DNA of 64,000 bases, taken from assembly GCF_964213995.1 (NCBI RefSeq), contig NC_135830.1, positions 14,322,001 to 14,386,000 on the forward strand. The letters run 5' to 3'. This document shows, one piece after another, positions 14,301-26,754 of this stretch. The first letter of the stretch is position 1; each line of letters starts with the position of its first letter. The position numbers and the translations under genes were made by a program. The notes below the pieces were generated by a model, which searched no databases, was not told where the DNA came from, and saw only the letters and a list, made by a program, of their open reading frames with translations. Source of the stretch: Mustelus asterias. Its lineage: Eukaryota.

Positions 14301-15508
14301 GTGTGTATCACTGTGTGTGTGTGTGTGCGTGTCAGTGTGTGTCACTGTGTGTGTGATCATGTGGCTGTCAGTGTGCATTACTTTGTGTGTGTCAGTGTGT
14401 ATCACTGTGTGTGTGTGGATCAGTTTGTATCACTGTGTGTGTGCATGTGTGTGTGTGTTTGTGTGTGTGTGTGTCAGTGTGTATCACTGTGTCTGTGTGT
14501 CAGTGTGTATCACAGTGTGTGTGTGTGTCAGTGTGCATCACAGTGTGTGTGTGTGGGTCAGTGAGTATCACTGTGTGTGAGTGTGTCAGTGTGTATCACT
14601 GTGTGTGGATCAGTGTGTATCACTGTGTGTGCGTGTGTGTGTGCGTGTCACTGTGTGTGTGCGGGGGCAGTGTGTATCACTGTGTGTGTGTGAGTCAGTG
14701 TGTATCACTGTGTGTGCATGTGTCAGTATGTATCACTGTGCGTGTGTGGGTCAGTGTGCATCACTTTGTGTCTGCTTGTCAGTGCGTATCACTGTGTGTG
14801 CGTGTTTCAGTGTGTATCACTGTGTGTGTGTGGGTCAGTGTGTATCACTGTCTGTGTGTGTGTGTGTGTGTGAGAGTCAGTGTGGATCACTTTGCGTGTA
14901 TGTCTTTGTCTGGAGGTGTTTGTGTGTGTGTCAGTGTGCATCACGGTGTGTGTGTGGGTCAGTGTGTATCACCGTGTGTTTTTGTGGGTCAGTGTGCATC
15001 ACTGTGTGTGTGTGTGGGTGGGTGGGTTAATGTGCATCACTGTCTGTGTGTGTCAGTGTCTAGCACTGTGTGTGAGTGGGTTAGTGTGTATCACTGTGTG
15101 TTTGTGTGGGTCAGTGTGCATCACTCTGTGTGTATCTGTGGATCAGTGTGCATCACTGTGTGTGTGTCTGTGGGTGGGTGGGTTAATGTGCATCACTGTC
15201 TATGTGCCAGTGTCTAGCACTGTGTGTGAGTGGGCTAGTGTGTATCACTCTGTGTTTGTGTGGGTCAGTGTGCATCACTCTGTGTGTATCTGTGGATCAG
15301 TGTGCATCACTGTTTGTATGCGTGTGTGTGTCAGTGCGTATCACTGTGTGTGTGTGGGTAAGGGTGTACCACTGTGTGTGTCAGTGTGAATCAATGTGTG
15401 TGTGTGTGTCAGTGTGTATCACTGTGTGTGTGTGTGTGTGTCAGTGTGCATCACTGTGTGTGTGTGTCAGTGTGCATCACTGTGTGTGCGTGGGCCAGTG
15501 AGTATCAC

Positions 15509-15542
<34 letters not shown>

Positions 15543-17861
15543 AGTGTGTGTCACTGTGTGTGTGCCTGTGGCTGTCAGTGTGTATCACTGTGTGTGTGTG
15601 GGTCAGTGTGCATCACTGTGTGTGTGTGTGGATCAGTGTGCATCACTCTGTGTGTGTGTGTGTGTGTGTCAGTGTGTACTACTGTGTGTGTATGGGTCAG
15701 TGCTCATCACTGTGTGTGCATGTGTCAGTCTGTATCACTGTGCGCGTGTAGGTCAGTGTGCATCACTTTGTGACTGCTTGTCAGTGCGTATCAATGTGTG
15801 TGCGTGTGTCAGTGTGTATCACTGTGTGTGTGTGTGTCAGTGTGTATCAGTTTGTGTGTGTGTTTGTGTGTGTGTCAGTGTGTATCACTCTGTGAGTGGG
15901 GGTCATTGTGCATCACAGTGTGTGTGTGTCCGTGAGTATCACTGTGTGTGTGCATGTGTGTGCGTGTGTCACTGTGTGTGTGTGTGGGGGGGGGGGCAGC
16001 GTGTATCACTGTATGTGTGTGGGTCAGTGTGTATCACTGTGTGTGTGAGCCAGTGTGTATCACTGTGTGTGTGTGTGTGTGTGTCAGTGTGCATCACAGT
16101 GTGTGTGTGTGGGTCAGTGAATATCACTGTGTGTGTGTGGGCCAGTGTGAATCACTGTGTGTGTGTCAGTATGTATCACTGTGTGTGTGTGGTTCAGTGT
16201 GTTTCACTGTGTGTGTGTGTGTGTGTGTCAGCGTGGATCACTGTGCGTGTGTGTCTGTGTGTGTAGGTGTGTGTGCCTGTGTGTCAGGGTGCATCGCTTT
16301 GTGTGTTTGGGTCAATGTGTATCACTGTGTGTGTGTGTCTGTCAGTGTGTGTCACTGTGTGCGTGTGGGTCAGGGTGTACCACTGTTTGTGTGTGTGGGT
16401 CAGTGTCGATCGCTGTGTTTGTGTGGGTCAGTGTGCTTCAAAGTGTGTGTGTCAGTGTGTATCACAGTGTGTGTGTCTGCGTTTGTGTGTTAGTGTGTAT
16501 CACTTTGTGTGTGTGTGTCAGTGTGCATCACTGTGTTTGTGTGGGTGGGGGGTGTCATTGTGCATCACTGTGTGTGTGCGTGCGTGCGTGTGGGTGTGTG
16601 TGGGTGTGTGTGTTTGTGTGTGCGTCAGTGTGTATCACTGTGTGTGTGGGTCAGCGTGTATCACTGTGTGTCTGTGTGTCAGTGTGTATCACTGTGTGTG
16701 TGTGTGACAGTGTGAATCACTGTGTGTTTGTGTGTCAGTGTGTATCACTGTGTGTGTGTGTGTGTCAGTGTGCATCACTGTGTGTGTGTGCATCAGTGTG
16801 CAGCACTGTGTGTGTGTGCGTGTGTGCCAGTGTGTATCACTGTGTGTGTGTGGGTCTGTGTGTATCATTGTGCGCGTGTGTGCATCAATGTGTGTCTGCT
16901 TGTCAGTGTGTATCACTGTGTGTGCGTGTGTCAGTGTGTATCACTGTGTGTGTGGGGGTCAGTGTGCATCACTGTTTTTCCGAGTGTCAGTGTGGATCAC
17001 TGTGTGTGTGTGTGTGTGTGTGTGAGTGTCAGTGAGTGTCACTGTGTGTGTGTGTGGGTCAGGTTGTACCACTGTGTGTGTGTGGGGGGGGGTCAGTGTG
17101 CATCACTGTGTGTGTGTGTGGGTCAGTGTGTATCACTGTGTCTTTTTGTGGGTCAGTGTGCATCGCTCTGTGTGTGTGTCAGTGTCTATCACTGTGTGTG
17201 AGTCGGTCAGTGTGTATCACTGTGTGTTTGTGTGGGTCAGTGTGCATCACTCTGTGTGTGTGTGTGAGCCACTGTGTAACACTGTGTGTGTGTGGGCCAG
17301 TGTGGATCACTGTGTGTGTGTCAGTGTGTATCACTGTGTGCGTGCGGGTCTGTGTGTACCATTGTGTGTGTGCGTGTGTGTCAGTGTGTCACACTGAGTG
17401 TTTGTGGGCCAGTGTGGATCACTGTGTGTGTGTCAGTGTGTATCACTGTGTGTGTGTGTGGATCATTGTGTATCACTGTGTGTGTGTGGGTCAGTGTGTA
17501 TCACTGTGTGTGCGTGTGTCAGTGTGTATCACTGTGTGTGTGCGGGTCTGTGTGTATCATTGTGTGTGTGTGTCTATCACTGTGTGTGTGTGTGGGCCAG
17601 TGAGTATCACTGTGTGTGTATCAGTGTGTGTGCGCAACAGTGTATCACTGTGTGTGTGTGTGTGTGTGCGTGTCAGTGTGTGTCACTGTGTGTGTGTGTA
17701 TGTGGCTGTCAGTGTGTATCACTGTGTGTGTGTGGGTCAGTGTTTATCACTGTGTGTGCGTGTGTCGGTCTGTATCACTGTGCGCGTGTAGGTCTGTGTG
17801 CATCACTTTGTGTCTGCTTGTCAGTGCGTATCACTGTGTGTGCGTGTGCCAGTGTGTATCA

Positions 17862-17908
<47 letters not shown>

Positions 17909-20144
17909 AGTATGTATCACTCTGTGTGTATGTGTCAGTGTGCATCACAGTGTGTGTGTGGGTCAGTGAGTATCACTGTGTGTGTGGGCCAGTGTGAATC
18001 ACTGTGTGTGTGTCAGTATGTATCACTGTGTGTGTGTGGATCAGTGTGTTTCACTGTGTGTGTGTGTGTGTGTGAGTCAGCGTGGATCACTGTGCGTGTG
18101 TGTCTGTGTGTGTAGGTGTGTGTGCCTGTGTGTCAGGGTGCATCGCTTTGTGTGCGTGGGTCAATGTGTATCACTGTGTGTGTGTGTGTCTGTCAGTGTG
18201 TGTCACTGTGTGTGTGTGGGTCAGGGTGTACCACTGTTTGTGTGTGTGGGTCAGTGTCGATCGCTGTGTTTGGGTGGGTCAGTGTGTTTCAAAGTGTGTG
18301 TGTGCGTGTGTGTGTCAGTGTGTATCACAGTGTGTGTGTGTGCGTTTGTGTGTTAGTGTGTATCACTCTGTGTGTGTGTGTCAGTGTGCATCACTGTGTG
18401 TGTGTGGGTGGGGGGTGTCATTGTGCATCACTGTGTGTGAGCGTGTGTGTGTGTGTGTGTGTCTGTGTCAGTATGTATCACTCTGTGTGTGTGGGTCAGT
18501 GTGCATCACAGTGTGTGTGTGTGGGTCAGTGAGTATCACTGTGTGTGTGGGCCAGTGTGAATCACTGTGTGTGTGTCAGTATGTATCACTGTGTGTGTGT
18601 GGATCAGTGTGTTTCACTGTGTGTGTGAGTCAGCGTGGATCACTGTGCGTGTGTGTCTGTGTGTGTAGGTGTGTGTGCCTGTGTGTCAGGGTGCATCGCT
18701 TTGTGTGCGTGGGTCAATGTGTATCACTGTGTGTGTGTGTCTGTCAGTGTGTGTCACTGTGTGTCTGTGGGTCAGGGTGTACCACTGTTTGTGTGTGGGT
18801 CAGTGTAGATCGCTGTGTTTGTGTTTGTCAATNNNNNNNNNNNNNNNNNNNNNNNNNNNNNNNNNNNNNNNNNNNNNNNNNNNNNNNNNNNNNNNNNNNN
18901 NNNNNNNNNNNNNNNNNNNNNNNNNNNNNNNNNNNNNNNNNNNNNNNNNNNNNNNNNNNNNNNNNNNNNNNNNNNNNNNNNNNNNNNNNNNNNNNNNNNN
19001 NNNNNNNNNNNNNNNNNNNNNNNNNNNNNNNNNNNNNNNNNGTGTGTGTGGGTCGGTGTGTATCACTGTGTGTCTGTGTGTCAGTGTGTATCACTGTGTG
19101 TGTGTGTGACAGTGTGAATCACTGTGTGTGTGTGTGTGTGTCAGTGTGTATTACTGTGTGTGTGTGTGTGTCAGTGTGCATCACTGTGTGTGTGTGCGTC
19201 AGTGTGCATCACTGTGTGTGTGTGCGTGTGTGTCAGTGTGTATCACTGTGTGAGTGTGGGTCTGTGTGTATCATTGTGCGTGTGTGTGCATCACTGTGTG
19301 TCTGCTTGTCAGTGTGTATCACTGTGTGTGCGTGTGTCAGTGTGTATCACTGTGTGTGTGTGGGTCAGTGTGCATCACTGTTTTTCGGAGTGTCAGTGTG
19401 GATCACTGTGTGTGTGTGTGTGTGTGAGTGTCAGTGAGTGTCACTGTGTGTGTGTGTGGGTCAGGTTGTACCACTGTGGGGGGGGGGTCAGTGTGCATCA
19501 CTGTGTGTGTGTGGGTCAGTGTGTATCACTGTGTCTTTTTGTGGGTCAGTGTGCATCACTCTGTGTGTGTGTCAGTGTCTATCACTGTGTGTGTGTGGAT
19601 CAGTGTGTATCACTGTGTGTGTGTGTGTGCGTGTCAGTGTGTGTCACTGTGTGTGTGATCATGTGGCTGTCAGTGTGCATTACTTTGTGTGTGTCAGTGT
19701 GTATCACTGTGTGTGTGTGGATCAGTTTGTATCACTGTGTGTGTGCATGTGTGTGTGTGTTTGTGTGTGTGTCAGTGTGTATCACTGTGTCTGTGTGTCA
19801 GTGTGTATCACAGTGTGTGTGTGTGTCAGTGTGCATCACAGTGTGTGTGTGTGGGTCAGTGAGTATCACTGTGTGTGAGTGTGTCAGTGTGTATCACTGT
19901 GTGTGGATCAGTGTGTATCACTGTGTGTGCGTGTGTGTGTGCGTGTCACTGTGTGTGTGCGGGGGCAGTGTGTATCACTGTGTGTGTGTGAGTCAGTGTG
20001 TATCACTGTGTGTGCATGTGTCAGTATGTATCACTGTGCGTGTGTAGGTCAGTGTGCATCACTTTGTGTCTGCTTGTCAGTGCGTATCACTGTGTGTGCG
20101 TGTTTCAGTGTGTATCACTGTGTGTGTGTGGGTCAGTGTGTATC

Positions 20145-20182
<38 letters not shown>

Positions 20183-22392
20183 AGTCAGTGTGGATCACTT
20201 TGCGTGTATGTCTTTGTCTGGAGGTGTTTGTGTGTGTGTCAGTGTGCATCACGGTGTGTGTGTGGGTCAGTGTGTATCACCGTGTGTTTTTGTGGGTCAG
20301 TGTGCATCACTGTGTGTGTGTGTGGGTGGGTGGGTTAATGTGCATCACTGTCTGTGTGTGTCAGTGTCTAGCACTGTGTGTGAGTGGGTTAGTGTGTATC
20401 ACTGTGTGTTTGTGTGGGTCAGTGTGCATCACTCTGTGTGTATCTGTGGATCAGTGTGCATCACTGTGTGTGTGTCTGTGGGTGGGTGGGTTAATGTGCA
20501 TCACTGTCTATGTGTGCCAGTGTCTAGCACTGTGTGTGAGTGGGTTAGTGTGTATCACTCTGTGTTTGTGTGGGTCAGTGTGCATCACTCTGTGTGTATC
20601 TGTGGATCAGTGTGCATCACTGTATGCGTGTGTGTGTCAGTGCGTATCACTGTGTGTGTGTGGGTAAGGGTGTACCACTGTGTGTGTGTGTGTCAGTGTG
20701 AATCAATGTGTGTGTGTGTGTGTCAGTGTGTATCACTGTGTGTGTGTGTGTGTGTGTGTGTCAGTGTGCATCACTGTGTGTGTGTGTCAGTGTGCATCAC
20801 TGTGTGTGCGTGGGCCAGTGAGTATCATTTGGTGTGTGTGTGTGTGTGTGTCAGTGTGTGTCACTGTGTGTGTGCCTGTAGCTGTCAGTGTGTATCACTG
20901 TGTGTGTGTGGGTCAGTGTGCATCACTGTGTGTGTGTGTGGATCAGTGTGCATCACTCTGTGTGTGTGTGTGTGTCAGTGTGTACCACTGTGTGTGTATG
21001 GGTCAGTGCTCATCACTGTGTGTGCATGTGTCAGTCTGTATCACTGTGCGCGTGTAGGTCAGTGTGCATCACTTTGTGACTGCTTGTCAGTGCGTATCAA
21101 TATGTGTGCGTGTGTCAGTGTGTATCACTGTGTCTGTGTGTGTGTCAGTGTGTATCAGTTTGTGTGTGTGTTTGTGTGTGTGTCCGTGTGTATCACTCTG
21201 TGAGTGGGGGTCATTGTGCATCACAGTGTGTGTGTGTGTGTGTCAGTGAGTATCACTGTGTGTGTGCATGTGTGTGCGTGTGTCACTGTGTGTGTGTGTG
21301 GGGGGGGCAGCGTGTATCACTGTGTGTGTGTGGGTCAGTGTGTATCACTGTGTGTGTGAGCCAGTGTGTATCACTGTGTGTGTGTGTGTCAGTGTGCATC
21401 ACAGTGTGTGTGTATGTGGGTCAGTGAATATCACTGTGTGTGTGTGGGCCAGTGTGAATCACTGTGTGTGTGTCAGTATGTATCACTGTGTGTGTGTGGT
21501 TCAGTGTGTTTCACTGTGTGTGTGTGTGTGTGTGTCAGCGTGGATCACTGTGCGTGTGTGTCTGTGTGTGTAGGTGTGTGTGCCTGTGTGTCAGGGTGCA
21601 TCGCTTTGTGTGTGTGGGTCAATGTGTATCACTGTGTGTGTGTGTGTGGGTCAGTGTGTATCACTGTGTCTTTTTGTGGGTCAGTGTGCATCGCTCTGTG
21701 TGTGTGTCAGTGTCTATCACTGTGTGTGAGTGGGTCAGTGTGTATCACTGTGTGTTTGTGTGGGTCAGTGTGCATCACTCTGTGTGTGTGTGTGAGCCAC
21801 TGTGTAACACTGTGTGTGTGTGGGCCAGTGTGGATCACTGTGTGTGTGTCAGTGTGTATCACTGTGTGCGTGCGGGTCTGTGTGTACCATTGTGTGTGTG
21901 CGTGTGTGTCAGTGTGTCACACTGAGTGTTTGTGGGCCAGTGTGGATCACTGTGTGTGTGTCAGTGTGTATCACTGTGTGTGTGTGTGGATCATTGTGTA
22001 TCACTGTGTGTGTGTGGGTCAGTGTGTATCACTGTGTGTGCGTGTGTCAGTGTGTATCACTGTGTGTGTGCGGTCTGTGTGTATCATTGTGTGTGTGTGT
22101 CTATCACTGTGTGTGTGTGTGGGCCAGTGAGTATCACTGTGTGTGTATCAGTGTGTGTGCGCAACAGTGTATCACTGTGTGTGTGTGTGTGTGTGTGTGC
22201 GTGTCAGTGTGTGTCACTGTGTGTGTGTGTATGTGGCTGTCAGTGTGTATCACTGTGTGTGTGTGGGTCAGTGTTTATCACTGTGTGTGCGTGTGTCGGT
22301 CTGTATCACTGTGCGCGTGTAGGTCTGTGTGCATCACTTTGTGTCTGCTTGTCAGTGCGTATCACTGTGTGTGCGTGTGCCAGTGTGTATCA

Positions 22393-22457
<65 letters not shown>

Positions 22458-23416
22458 AGTATGTATCACTGTGTGTGTGTGTGTCAGTGTGCATCACAGT
22501 GTGTGTGTGTGGGTCAGTGAGTATCACTGTGTGTGTGTGGGCCAGTGTGAATCACTGTGTGTGTGTCAGTATGTATCACTGTGTGTGTGTGGATCAGTGT
22601 TTGTCACTGTGTGTGTGTGTGTGTGAGTCAGCGTGGATCACTGTGCGTGTGTGTCTGTGTGTGTAGGTGTGTGTGCCTGTGTGTCAGGGTGCATCGCTTT
22701 GTGTGCGTGGGTCAATGTGTATCACTGTGTGTGTGTGTGTCTGTCAGTGTGTGTCACTGTGTGTGTGTGGGTCAGGGTGTACCACCGTTTGTGTGTGTGG
22801 GTCAGTGTCGCTCGCTGTGTTTGTGTGGGTCAGTGTGCTTCAAAGTGTGTATGTGTGTGTGTGTGTCAGTGTGTATCACTGTGTGTGTGTGTGCGTTTGT
22901 GTGTTAGTGTGTATCACTGTGTGTGTGTCAGTGTGCATCACTGTGTGTGTGTGGGTGGGGGTTGTGTCATTGTGCATCAGTGTGTGTGTGCGTGTGTGTG
23001 TCAGTGTGTATCACTGTGTGAGTGTGGGTCTGTGTGTATCATTGTGCGTGTGTGTGCATCACTGTGTGTCTGCTTGTCAGTGTGTATCACTGTGTGTGCG
23101 TGTGTCAGTGTGTATCACTGTGTGTGCGTGTGTCAGTGTGTATCACTGTGTGTGTGTGGGTCAGTGTGCATCACTGTTTTTCGGAGTGTCAGTGTGGATC
23201 ACTGTGTGTGTGTGTGTGTGTGTGAGTGTCAGTGAGTGTCACTGTGTGTGTGTGTGGGTCAGGTTGTACCACTGTGTGTGTGTGGGGGGGGGTCAGTGTG
23301 CATCACTGTGTGTGTGTGGGTCAGTGTCTATCACTGTGTCTTTTTGTGGGTCAGTGTGCATCAATCTGTGTGTGTGTCAGTGTCTATCACTGTGTGTGTG
23401 TGGATCAGTGTGTATC

Positions 23417-23468
<52 letters not shown>

Positions 23469-24845
23469 AGTGTGTATCACTGTGTGTGTATGGGTCAGTG
23501 TTCATCACTGTGTGTGCATGAGTGAGTCTGTATCACTGTGCACGTGTAGGTCAGTGTGCATCACTTTGTGACTGCTTGTCAGTGCGTATCACTGTGTGTG
23601 TGTGTCAGTGTGTATCAGTTTGTGTGTGTATTTGTGTGTGTGTGTCAGTGTGTATCACTCTGTGTGTGGAGGTCATTGTGCATCACAGTGTGTGTGTGTG
23701 TCAGTGAGTATCACTGTGTGTGTGCGTGTGTCACTGTGTGTGTGTGGGGGGGGGTGGCAGCGTGTATCACTGTGTGTGTGTGTGGGGGTCAGTGTGTATC
23801 ACTGTGTGTGTGTGTGTGTGCCAGTGTGTATCACTGTGTGTGTGTGTGTGTGTGTGTGTCAGTGTGCATCACAGTGTGTGTGTGCGGGTCAGTGAATATC
23901 ACTGTGTGTGTGGGCCAGTGTGAATCACTGTGTGTGTGTCAGTATGTATCACTGTGTGTGTGTGTGGGTCAGCGTGGATCACTGTGCGTGTGTGTCTGTG
24001 TGTGTAGGTGTGTGTGCCTGTGTGTCAGGGTGCATCGCTTTGTGTGTGTGGGTCATTGTGTATCACTGTGTGTGTGTGGGTCAGTGTGTATCACTGTGTG
24101 TGTGTGTGTCAGTGTGTATCACTGTGTGTGTGCGGGTCTGTGTGTATCATTGTGTGTGTGTGTCAGTGTGTATCACTGTGTGTGTGTGTGGGCCAGTGAG
24201 TATCACTGTGTGTGTATGGGTCAGTGTTCATCACTGTGTGTGCATGAGTCAGTCTGTATCACTGTGCACGTGTAGGTCAGTGTGCATCACTTTGTGACTG
24301 CTTGTCAGTGCGTATCACTGTGTGTGTGTGTGTCAGTGTGTATCAGTTTGTGTGTGTGTTTGTGTGTGTGTCAGTGTGTATCACTCTGTGTGTGGGGGTC
24401 ATTGTGCATCACAGTGTGTGTGTGTGTCAGTGAGTATCACTGTGTGTGTGCGTGTGTCACTGTGTGTGTGTGTGGGGGTGGCAGCGTGTATCACTGTGTG
24501 TGTGTGGGTCAGTGTGTATCACTGTGTGTGTGCGTGTGTGTCAGTGTGCATCACAGTGTGTGTGTGTGGGTCAGTGAATATCACTGTGTGTGTGTGGGCC
24601 AGTGTGAATCACTGTGTGTGTGTCAGTATGTATCACAGTGTGTGTGTGTGTGGGTCAGCGTGGATCACTGTGCGTGTGTGTCTGTGTGTGTAGGTGTGTG
24701 TGCCTGTGTGTCAGGGTGCATCGCTTTGTGTGTGTGGGTCAATGTGTATCACTGTGTGTGTGTGTCTGTCAGTGTGTGTCACTGTGTGTGTGTGGGTCAG
24801 GGTGTACCACTATTTGTGTGTGTGGGTCAGTGTCGATCGCTGTGT
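1..24845. repeat. Complex (TG)n-based satellite with core TCAGTGTGTATCACTGTG and higher-order repeats
   Basis: Core motif (t/g)CAGTGTG(T/C)ATCACTG recurs roughly every 25-35 bp between variable TG tracts. Diagnostic variants recur at about 2 kb and at 10.3 kb. All ORFs here are Cys/Val low-complexity artefacts. Contains N-runs 2258-2392, 4308-4540, 6207-6533, 8199-8425, 8454-8581 and 18833-19041. Confidence 0.97.
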
Positions 24846-25250
24846 TCCAAATATAGCCGCCAGGGACACTGGGAAGTTCCCTGATCTCCCACATCGAGCA
24901 GGAGAAACATATCACGGCCCTAACTGCCATCTCTGCACTAGGACACTGAAAAAAAATAAAAGAAGAAGAATCTTACTTGCTTTTGACAAAGAGGGACATT
25001 CCCAAACTCTGGGTGGCAACAGCCAGAGGGGTCGCGGGACGAGATTCTGGGGTCGGGAGCTCCGAGGCAGCGATAACTATGGAACCTCGACTGAATGTTC
25101 ACAGCTTCCCGCTACCTTTAGATTCTCGAGATTTATTTTAAACAATGGGCGTGGCCTAAATTGACGACGTTCGGGCCTGATGTCTTTCAGTTCAGCTCTG
25201 AGATCCAGTGTCCCAGAGGAGTCCAGCTCTGCAGTCTCCAGCTCCCCGTC

Positions 25251-25257
25251 ATATAAA
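25251..25257 (+). promoter_or_regulatory. TATA-like box of the NAR-TCR V promoter
   Basis: ATATAAA about 30 bp upstream of the leader ATG at 25282. Confidence 0.5.
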
Positions 25258-25281
25258 CCATCAGCTCCGGGCAGCAGAGCG

Positions 25282-25324
25282 ATGGGCATTCTTCTTGTTT
25301 TCAGCCTGTGTGTCTATTTACCCA
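25282..25324 (+). CDS. Leader exon of NAR-TCR V (MGILLVFSLCVYLP)
   Basis: Hydrophobic signal peptide with phase-1 donor A|GTGAGT; splices in frame to the acceptor at 25472. Confidence 0.9.
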
Positions 25325-25472
25325 GTGAGTACTGATCACACTAAACTACATTGTGTGGATTGAATATAAAGCTGCCCCAGTCCATCCCAATTACAGACAT
25401 TGTCTGGAGTTTTAGCCCCGTTGTGTGGTTCAGCTCTGATGGGCCTTTAAACTCTCTGTGTTTAATTTCCAG

Positions 25473-25761
25473 GATCTTTCAGTCAGTCAGTGGTACAGAG
25501 CCCGGCAGCGGTGACCAGAAAGGAATGTCAGTCCCTCACCATCACCTGTGTTTTCTATGGTGGATTCTACGCTCGTGCTTTGGAGAGGGCGGAATTCTTC
25601 AGGCAAACACAGGCTGGGACAGAGCGGGAGCGGATCTCCGGCGGAGGGAGATTTGTTGAGTCGGTGAATAAAGCAGAAAAGACATTTTCGTTGGAAATTC
25701 GGGATGTGAGAGTTGAAGACGCCGCCACCTATTACTGTAAAGCTCATTACAAAGGAGACGG
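25473..25761 (+). CDS. NAR-TCR V segment (IgNAR-like V domain)
   Basis: SVVQSPAAVTRKECQSLTITC...FFRQTQAGTERERISGGGRFVESVNKAEKTFSLEIRDVRVEDAATYYCKA. It has the IgNAR-type short FR2 with no CDR2, an extra FR1 Cys, an open frame and a following RSS. Confidence 0.93.
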
Positions 25762-25799
25762 CACAGTGATGTGTCTCGGCTTCCCGCCATACTAAAACT
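25762..25799 (+). other. 22-bp-spacer (23-type) RSS of NAR-TCR V
   Basis: CACAGTG + 22 nt + ACTAAAACT. Confidence 0.9.
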
Positions 25800-26124
25800 C
25801 TCACTGAAGATTTTCACATAAACAAATGAAAAAGCGGAGTTAATCTTCCCTGACACCCGCACAGTTCCATCGCACACCGTCAATCCCACAGTCAAGTTTC
25901 TCATGAGGATTTGATTATTACCGTTAACATTCTGAGTGTTGTAAACATGAAGTGTGTGCGGAAGCTGATATCTTTCCGGGATCAGCGGTGATGAATGAAG
26001 AATGGAAATGACTGATCCCAGTTACAAACCCAAACAAAAGATGGGATCATCGTCTCTCAGCTGGAACTGGGAACCGCAGTCCCCGCTGTTTAATTAATGT
26101 CCCTACATCTCACACAGTATATGG

Positions 26125-26196
26125 GGTTTTGATGCTGAATTATAACACTGTGTAGTGGTTGGGACAGTCACAGTGAAAAGGAGCTGAGCAAATACC
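26125..26196 (+). other. NAR-TCR D segment (coding 26153-26168, TAGTGGTTGGGACAGT) flanked by two 12-RSS
   Basis: GGTTTTGAT-12-CACTGTG, then 16 nt, then CACAGTG-12-GCAAATACC. This 12/12 configuration is compatible with V(22) and J(22). Confidence 0.9.
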
Positions 26197-26506
26197 TGTG
26201 CACAATTACCTTATACATTCGCAGGGCCCAGAGAGAGAATTATGGGTTGATGTTATTAGCGCTGCAATCTGGATTAATTACATTGCACTTTCCATCACTC
26301 ACATCTTTCTTTGATATTTTTCTCAGTTAATATGAAGCGACTATCTCCTACCTGGGGATATTTACTGAGAACGCGGGGCCTCAAAAAGAACAGTTTGAAC
26401 TGACAGAGACTTCAAAACATTGAATAATATTTATTGATTTAAATCCCCCGAATAATGGGAACTTCCAAATGACTGTGATGATTTCCCGTCAAGTTGAGCA
26501 GTCGGT

Positions 26507-26544
26507 AGTTCTTGTACGGGGAGACTGAGATCGGTATCAGTGTG
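26507..26544 (+). other. 22-bp-spacer RSS of NAR-TCR J
   Basis: AGTTCTTGT-22-CAGTGTG. Confidence 0.85.
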
Positions 26545-26597
26545 TACGACCTGGTATGAAGCCGATGGATCAGGGACGGTGGTGACTGTCACAGCCG
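26545..26597 (+). CDS. NAR-TCR J segment (TTWYEADGSGTVVTVTA)
   Basis: GxGT-x-VTV motif with phase-1 donor G|GTAAGT. Confidence 0.9.
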
Positions 26598-26754
26598 GTA
26601 AGTTACTCCAACCCCGCCGTGTTACAAAATGTATCGTGTAACGCTCACCGTCATTTTATTATCGTGATCTGTATCGTTTCAGTCCAATTGATACGGATAA
26701 GGATCTGTTTACAGATCCGTTACAGATTTTGATTTGGGGGCAGGACGTGATTTG

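Noticed and set aside
1-24845. CRISPR-like repeat-spacer appearance
   Set aside because: Vertebrate DNA; the spacers are TG tracts rather than unique sequence, and there are no cas genes.
12-24884. Hundreds of long Cys/Val-rich ORFs
   Set aside because: Translations of TG repeats that are open in several frames at once; no coding signal.
26169-26210. Second nonamer-like ACAATTACC after the D 3' heptamer
   Set aside because: Spacing is 26 bp, incompatible with a 22/23 RSS.
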